From an uncultured Planctomycetota bacterium (GTDB lineage Bacteria; Planctomycetota; Planctomycetia; Isosphaerales; Isosphaeraceae), in the NCBI GenBank assembly GCA_963823665.1, contig CAWGMQ010000010.1, positions 320,001 through 384,000 on the forward strand: a stretch of 64,000 nt of DNA, written 5' to 3'. The position numbers were made by a program, and so were the translations under genes. The notes below the pieces were generated by a model. That model saw only the letters and a list, made by a program, of their open reading frames with translations, was not told the origin of the DNA and did no database searches. The stretch's first letter is position 1; each line of letters opens with the position of its first letter. Below are positions 59,105 through 64,000 of this stretch, one piece after another.

Positions 59105-62100
59105 TCAATAGATCTGAATCAACGAATTCTGAGAGGTCACCGAATAGTTGCTCGTACTTCTCGATCCGGCATTTCGTGCTTGTACCAACTGTCCGAGCGC
59201 CTCGCCCAGCTTGACCTTCGCTAGCTCGAAGCGGCGGGTCAGCACATCGGGATAGGTTTCACGAAGGCGGATGTAGTTCGGGTCGTCGGATCTCGGCTGC
59301 ATGTCCGAGACATCGACGAGCTTCAGGGCACCGGCGAAGGGGATTTTGTGGCGTTTGAGGCGACGGATCGCCTGGTCGGAAAAGTCAAGCGGCATGACCT
59401 CACCATCATCAAACAACCCACGGTTCGCAGTTTGGGCAAGCTCGACGTAAGCCGCTTGAAGGAGTAGCTGCCGGATGGTTTCCTTGAGCGAGGCGACGTG
59501 CGCCTTCTGGTTCTGCTCGGCAACCAGGGCGTCTTGGGCACCGTACCGCTCGATCGCTTCGAGGAAGCGTCCCCGTATCTGAGCCAACTGGTCGGCTGAG
59601 AGCTTCGGCGGGGAGGCGTCATCCAGTTGCTTTCGCAGTGAGGTGAGGGAAAGGATGGGCTCGGTTTCACCATCCTTCATTGGTCCGTAATACCCGACCA
59701 AGGGAACTGGCTCTCCCACCTGACACCGTGCCAGCAACCCGTCCGATTCCCTCGCAGTCGGTGGCTCTACAGCTTGCAAGATCTCGTCCAAGAGTTCGGA
59801 GCCGAATGACAGAAGGGTCAGCGTATTGGGGTGATCGTCGAATAACTCGGGATTGAACGTGACCTCTTGGTCCTCTCCGTTCCAGTCCAGCAGGTGCGCC
59901 CTGGGATCGATGGATGCGGACGGAACCGTGAGCCCAGGGCCTTCGATTGAATGAGGGCCCGTTCCATTTCCGTCAGCGTCAGGGGCACGGGCAGATCCGC
60001 AGGGGCTTCCACGGCGTCACCGGAAATTCTGTCGAGCCCAATGCCGGTGGTTTCCCCCTGCCCGACCATGCGGTTGATTTCTTCCACCTGGTCCCGAATC
60101 AGAGCCTCCCGCTGTTCGTCACCAGCCATGACCGCCGACTCGATAGCACGGGCGACCCGACTGAGGATCGGCTGAAGTTCGCCCACGACGTTCTCGAACG
60201 AACCGATTCGGTCGTCGAGGCGCTGGTAGATCGTTGCTTCGACGGTCTGATCGTAAAAGTAGTTGCGGACCCAGACCCGTGAGTAAACCTGTCCGATGCG
60301 GTCGATACGTCCGATCCGCTGCTCGACCCTCATGGGGTTCCAGGGCATGTCGTAATTGATGAGAACGCCGCAAGTCTGGAGGTTGAGACCTTCGGATGCG
60401 GACTCGGTGCAGAGGAGGATCTTGACCTCCGTGTGCTCCCGGAAGGCGTTCTTGATGTTCTCCTTGCTAGTCCCCGACCAGGCTTTGCCATTCCACTGCT
60501 CGCCGCCCCGGCCGCTGTAGCAGGCGACCTGGGCACCGTAAACCTGACGGAGCTTGCCACGCAGGTAGTCCATTGTGTCGGTGTATTGAGTGAACACGAT
60601 CACCGAGTCCCGCCACTTCAAGAACTCGTTGAGCTGCTGGACAAGCCGCTGGAACTTGCTGTCGGTGCCGATAGTTCTCAGCCCGGTAAGAAAGTCCTCG
60701 ACGTACTGGATCTCGCCTTGGAAGAGCTTGCGGGTCTCCGAGGCCGCAAACGCAAAGGTCTCCGTCACGTCCGATTCGAGGTCGTCTTGGTCGGTGTCGT
60801 CGTCGTCGGTCAACGATGTGTCCATGCCTTTCAGGAACTCAAGCCGACGCTCTAGGCTCCGCTGGATGGCGTAAAAGCTACTCGTCAAGCGGCGGCGGTA
60901 GACTGTCATGATGAAGCCGAGTCCTTTCCGCTCGGCTTCATATTTCTGGTAATTATTGCGGATGTACTCTTCGATCTGGTCGTAGAGGGTCTTCTCCTCC
61001 GACCTCATTTCGATCCATTCGGACTTGGGGTCACGGTAGGGAACGCTTTCCTTGAGAAGCCCCTTCTCGTGATAGAGCCGCAGCAGACGCCGGGTGTTGC
61101 GGAAGACGAACCGCTGGAGCGGCGTGTGCGCCCGTGCTACCGCCACCAGGAGCTTGCGTCCGTTAGCGTCGAGCCCCCTGATGGTCGGCTCGGGGTTGGA
61201 CGACCACGGGAGGTTCTTGATTTGATCCCAGATGACCGGTCCCACCGACCGCTCGGCGTCTTCGCAGAAACGATCGTCCCACTGCCCGCCCGTGCCGAAA
61301 AAATCTCGCAACATGGCGAGCAAAAACACCCAATCCATGTCAGCGAAAGGAAGGCGGAACTGCTGGAAATAGCGGACGAAGTTCTCCTCCCCGGCACCCC
61401 AGCGACCGCCCATCCCCAGGAGCTTCAGGAGATCCCAGACCTCAATCGGGTCGATCTGCATCGGGGTCGCCGTCAGTAGTAGCAACCCCTTTGTGCGATC
61501 CTTCAGTCCCGGCTTGGCGTTTGTGCCCTGGAGCAGTTCGAGGAGGCGGTTGGGGCGGTACTGCTCCCGGTTCAGGAAGTCTTTGCGACGGGCGTGGTGC
61601 GCCTCATCGACGACGATCAAGTGCCAGGGTTGAGCCTCGCCCAACTGATCCTGGCGTTCACGCCGCTTCGCTAGGTGACTGGACGCCAGGAACACCGGAT
61701 GGGCGTCCCATGGGTTGGTTCCCGTGGGCACCTTTAGCGCCCTGCCGAATACGTCGTAAAATGCGCTACCGTCGTATCGGGGGATGTTCAGGACGAACTT
61801 CTCGTAGAGTTCCTCCTGCCACTGAACCAGGACGCTCTTCGGAACCAGGATGAGCGCTCGCTTGACCCTCCCCGAGAGAATCAACTGGCGGATCGCCAGA
61901 CCCGCTTCCACAGTCTTTCCCAGACCCACTTCGTCGCACAGCATGAACGAGTGGGGAAACCGTTCGATCACCGCATCGCTCACCTTGATCTGGTGGGGCC
62001 ACGGTTGGACCGTGCTTGTTGCCATTCCGAGACGATGGGCGTTCAGGAGGTGAGGCGCATCACGAAGGAACTGGAAGACGATCCGCTCCTTCTGCGTGGC

Positions 62101-62868
62101 GTCGATCGGCGGTCGAACGGGTGGTGGTTTGACCGGAGCCTCGGGCTCGCCTACCTCTCGGGTGGGCGGCGTCATGGTGCGGTACTTGAGAAGCTCTAGC
62201 TTGACCGCCTCGGGTATCGGTAAGGCGATCCAGTCTTTCTCCTTGCCCTTCCAAAGCTTGTCGAACTTGATCTGGATCTGCCCGAGAAAGGGCTGGCTGG
62301 TGTCCCAAGAACGGAAGACCATGAAGGACTCGTAGTTGTCCTCTAGGGCGGTGGCGGACTCGTTTACACTGCCCGAGAAGCCGACTTGATTTCCCTCGGC
62401 GTCGGTGAAAAGCCCCTCTTTGGGGTGATAGTAGCTTTCCGTCTGAGTGGCGGGCAAGGGCGTCCGATTTTCGTCCGTGGGCAGGACGACCTTGATCTCC
62501 ATCTGACCGGAGCCGACGAGCCACGCCAAGGCTTCAAGGCGTTTCTGGACGAAGGTACTCTCCGGGATCGCCCGGTACGTCCTCACCATGTTCAGCGTCA
62601 GAGTGGCTTCCAGGTCAGCTTCGCCCTTGCGGATCGCCTCAACGTCCTCATCGGAGAGTTGCGCTCCGCACAACAGCCGCATCTTGCCGCCGTTTGCGAT
62701 GAGACGTGTCACACCCGCCGCCGCCACGGCAAGCATGGTGCTGGAGAAGTAGCCTGCGGAGCGGTCGTAGCGGATCGAGGCGGCAAGAGCCGGGATGAAG
62801 AAGGCACCGAGCCGGTCATCACTCGGCCCGTAGGCGATGTGAGGTGGGAGATCCCGGAGGTTCGTCAT
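59105..62868 (-). CDS. PLD-nuclease + SNF2 helicase fusion, frameshift near 59898
   Basis: HPKEG..GSVN (PLD-like), DEVGLGKT, DEAHH, TATP, EGLNLQ, QRIGRIDR; continues into ORF 59105-59791. Confidence 0.9.
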
Positions 62869-62874
62869 CGCAAA

Positions 62875-63426
62875 TTATCCGCTCTCATCAACGGGAATCG
62901 CATCGGAGGTTGGCTTAGCCTTGACCCTTCGCCAGTGCTTGAGTCCGTCAAGAATTCTCAGCAGATTGGACGACGCCCCTGAATCTCCCTGTGCGTAGAG
63001 CACCTTTGCGAGTAGCGGAATGATCTCTTTGAATTCGTCCAGGTCAAAGTCGGACTTCATGTCGTTAATTGCAGCAGCAACCACGAGCCATCCGCCGTGC
63101 CCTTTTCCTGGGGCGGTATGTTCCAAGGTCGGATAGCGGGGAGATTCCGGTGAATCCGGCCGCAATGGCACCCCGCTCAACATGCAGCGAAAGCAGCGAG
63201 CATCGCTATCCCAAGAAGTGCGGAGCACGTCGAACCATTCACGACGAGATGGGATCTCGACGATTCTATCTCGCTTGCTACCTCGCCTCTTGTTGAACGA
63301 ACGAAAGACCAGATTGCCACACGGCTCGCATAGTGCAATCCGGGCACCCTTTCCCTTCCCAACGGAACGGCTGCGCTCTACTTCCGGGGTTGCGCGAATA
63401 GCGCAAGTATTCTGGGACTTTGGCAC
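62875..63426 (-). CDS. putative HNH endonuclease
   Basis: CMLSG..TLEH..INDMK beta-beta-alpha pattern; start uncertain. Confidence 0.55.
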   Translation of the reverse strand: MPKSQNTCAIRATPEVERSRSVGKGKGARIALCEPCGNLVFRSFNKRRGSKRDRIVEIPSRREWFDVLRTSWDSDARCFRCMLSGVPLRPDSPESPRYPTLEHTAPGKGHGGWLVVAAAINDMKSDFDLDEFKEIIPLLAKVLYAQGDSGASSNLLRILDGLKHWRRVKAKPTSDAIPVDESG

Positions 63427-63428
63427 CC

Positions 63429-64000
63429 TTACTCCTCCGACTCTTCGTCCTCGGCGTCTTCGTCAAGTTCCTCGTCGGCAACGTCGCCTTCCTCTTCATC
63501 GACATCGGTCATGCCTGGCAACAAACCAGTCTTTTCGATCTTGGGTATCTCCTCCTCGGGCGGTGCGGGGAGGTCTTCCCAGACCAGCAACCGCAGAGCA
63601 TCGAGAATGGTCATCTCGGGGCGCAGAAACTTACCGTCCTTGCCTCGGGTCGTGGGAATCGCCTGCATCGCCGCCTGCACGAGTGCCTTGATCCGGCTGT
63701 CGTTCCGCAGCCCAAGTCGGTCGATGAAGACTTGGCACGCTTTCGAGCCGTCCTCCTCGTAGACCAGCATCGCCGTATGCAGGGCGTCGATCAGATGCGT
63801 GAATGACTCGGATTCCGGGTCCACCACGCCCTTCTTGCGCCGGGTCGTCGGGAGAGCGATCGTGACGTTCTTGCCTTTCTTCGTGACGAGCCGTTTGTCA
63901 CGGATAAGATGCGCTTCCAAGTCGAGCCCGAGAGCCAAGGCGAGCTTGCGAGCCTCGTCGGCGGGAAATTCCTGGGCACGGAAGGCGTCCCACGCCATGA
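63429..64000 (-). CDS. 3' end of a probable DUF1156-type DNA methyltransferase
   Basis: AWDAFRAQEFPADEARKLA..LIDALH C-terminus recalled from DUF1156 proteins, upstream of a PLD-SNF2 gene; catalytic motifs lie outside the window. Confidence 0.55.
   Translation of the reverse strand, partial: MAWDAFRAQEFPADEARKLALALGLDLEAHLIRDKRLVTKKGKNVTIALPTTRRKKGVVDPESESFTHLIDALHTAMLVYEEDGSKACQVFIDRLGLRNDSRIKALVQAAMQAIPTTRGKDGKFLRPEMTILDALRLLVWEDLPAPPEEEIPKIEKTGLLPGMTDVDEEEGDVADEELDEDAEDEESEE

Larger units (their letters stand above)
40827..64000. mobile_element. genomic island (ICE/IME-like) integrated at ssrA; right end outside the window
   Basis: Integrase abuts the tmRNA 3' end; AlpA-like proteins, resolvase, ParB-like, ArdC and defence genes follow; composition looks less GC-rich than the flank by eye. 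Confidence 0.85.

Noticed and set aside
40827..64000. Prophage, or a complete ICE with attR inside the window
   Set aside because: No capsid, terminase, tail, relaxase or T4SS genes were recognised, and I found no second copy of the ssrA 3' end by eye.

Overview
High-GC bacterial chromosome, most consistent with a Planctomycete (inferred from gene content and protein style, not from a search). There are three parts. (1) 1.2-24.7 kb is a co-oriented stress/carbon-storage block: BON and general-stress proteins, zwf, tal, a complete N-type ATPase operon (atpDCQRBEFAG), then ackA, xfp, fba, tpiA, glgP, glgX and a histidine phosphatase. (2) 24.8-40.4 kb holds mixed housekeeping genes (sdpR-sdpI, LOG, ABC-F, Uma2, uvrC-like, esterases) and an IS1182-like element. 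(3) From the tmRNA gene (40462-40826) to the window end is a genomic island with an atypical tyrosine recombinase, a divergent ClpX, an HTH-GTPase, two AlpA-like proteins, a resolvase, an ArdC-headed array of small minus-strand genes and a restriction-like defence cluster. The most striking unexplained signal is a ~24-nt motif (YGACACCGACGAAAGGGGYGTGAR, usually followed by a stem-loop). It sits at 15 junctions of the small-gene array, often overlaps the upstream stop codon, and shares its core with repeats beside the integration site and with a long hairpin just after the integrase. More than ten single-base frameshifts in otherwise intact genes suggest long-read indel errors.
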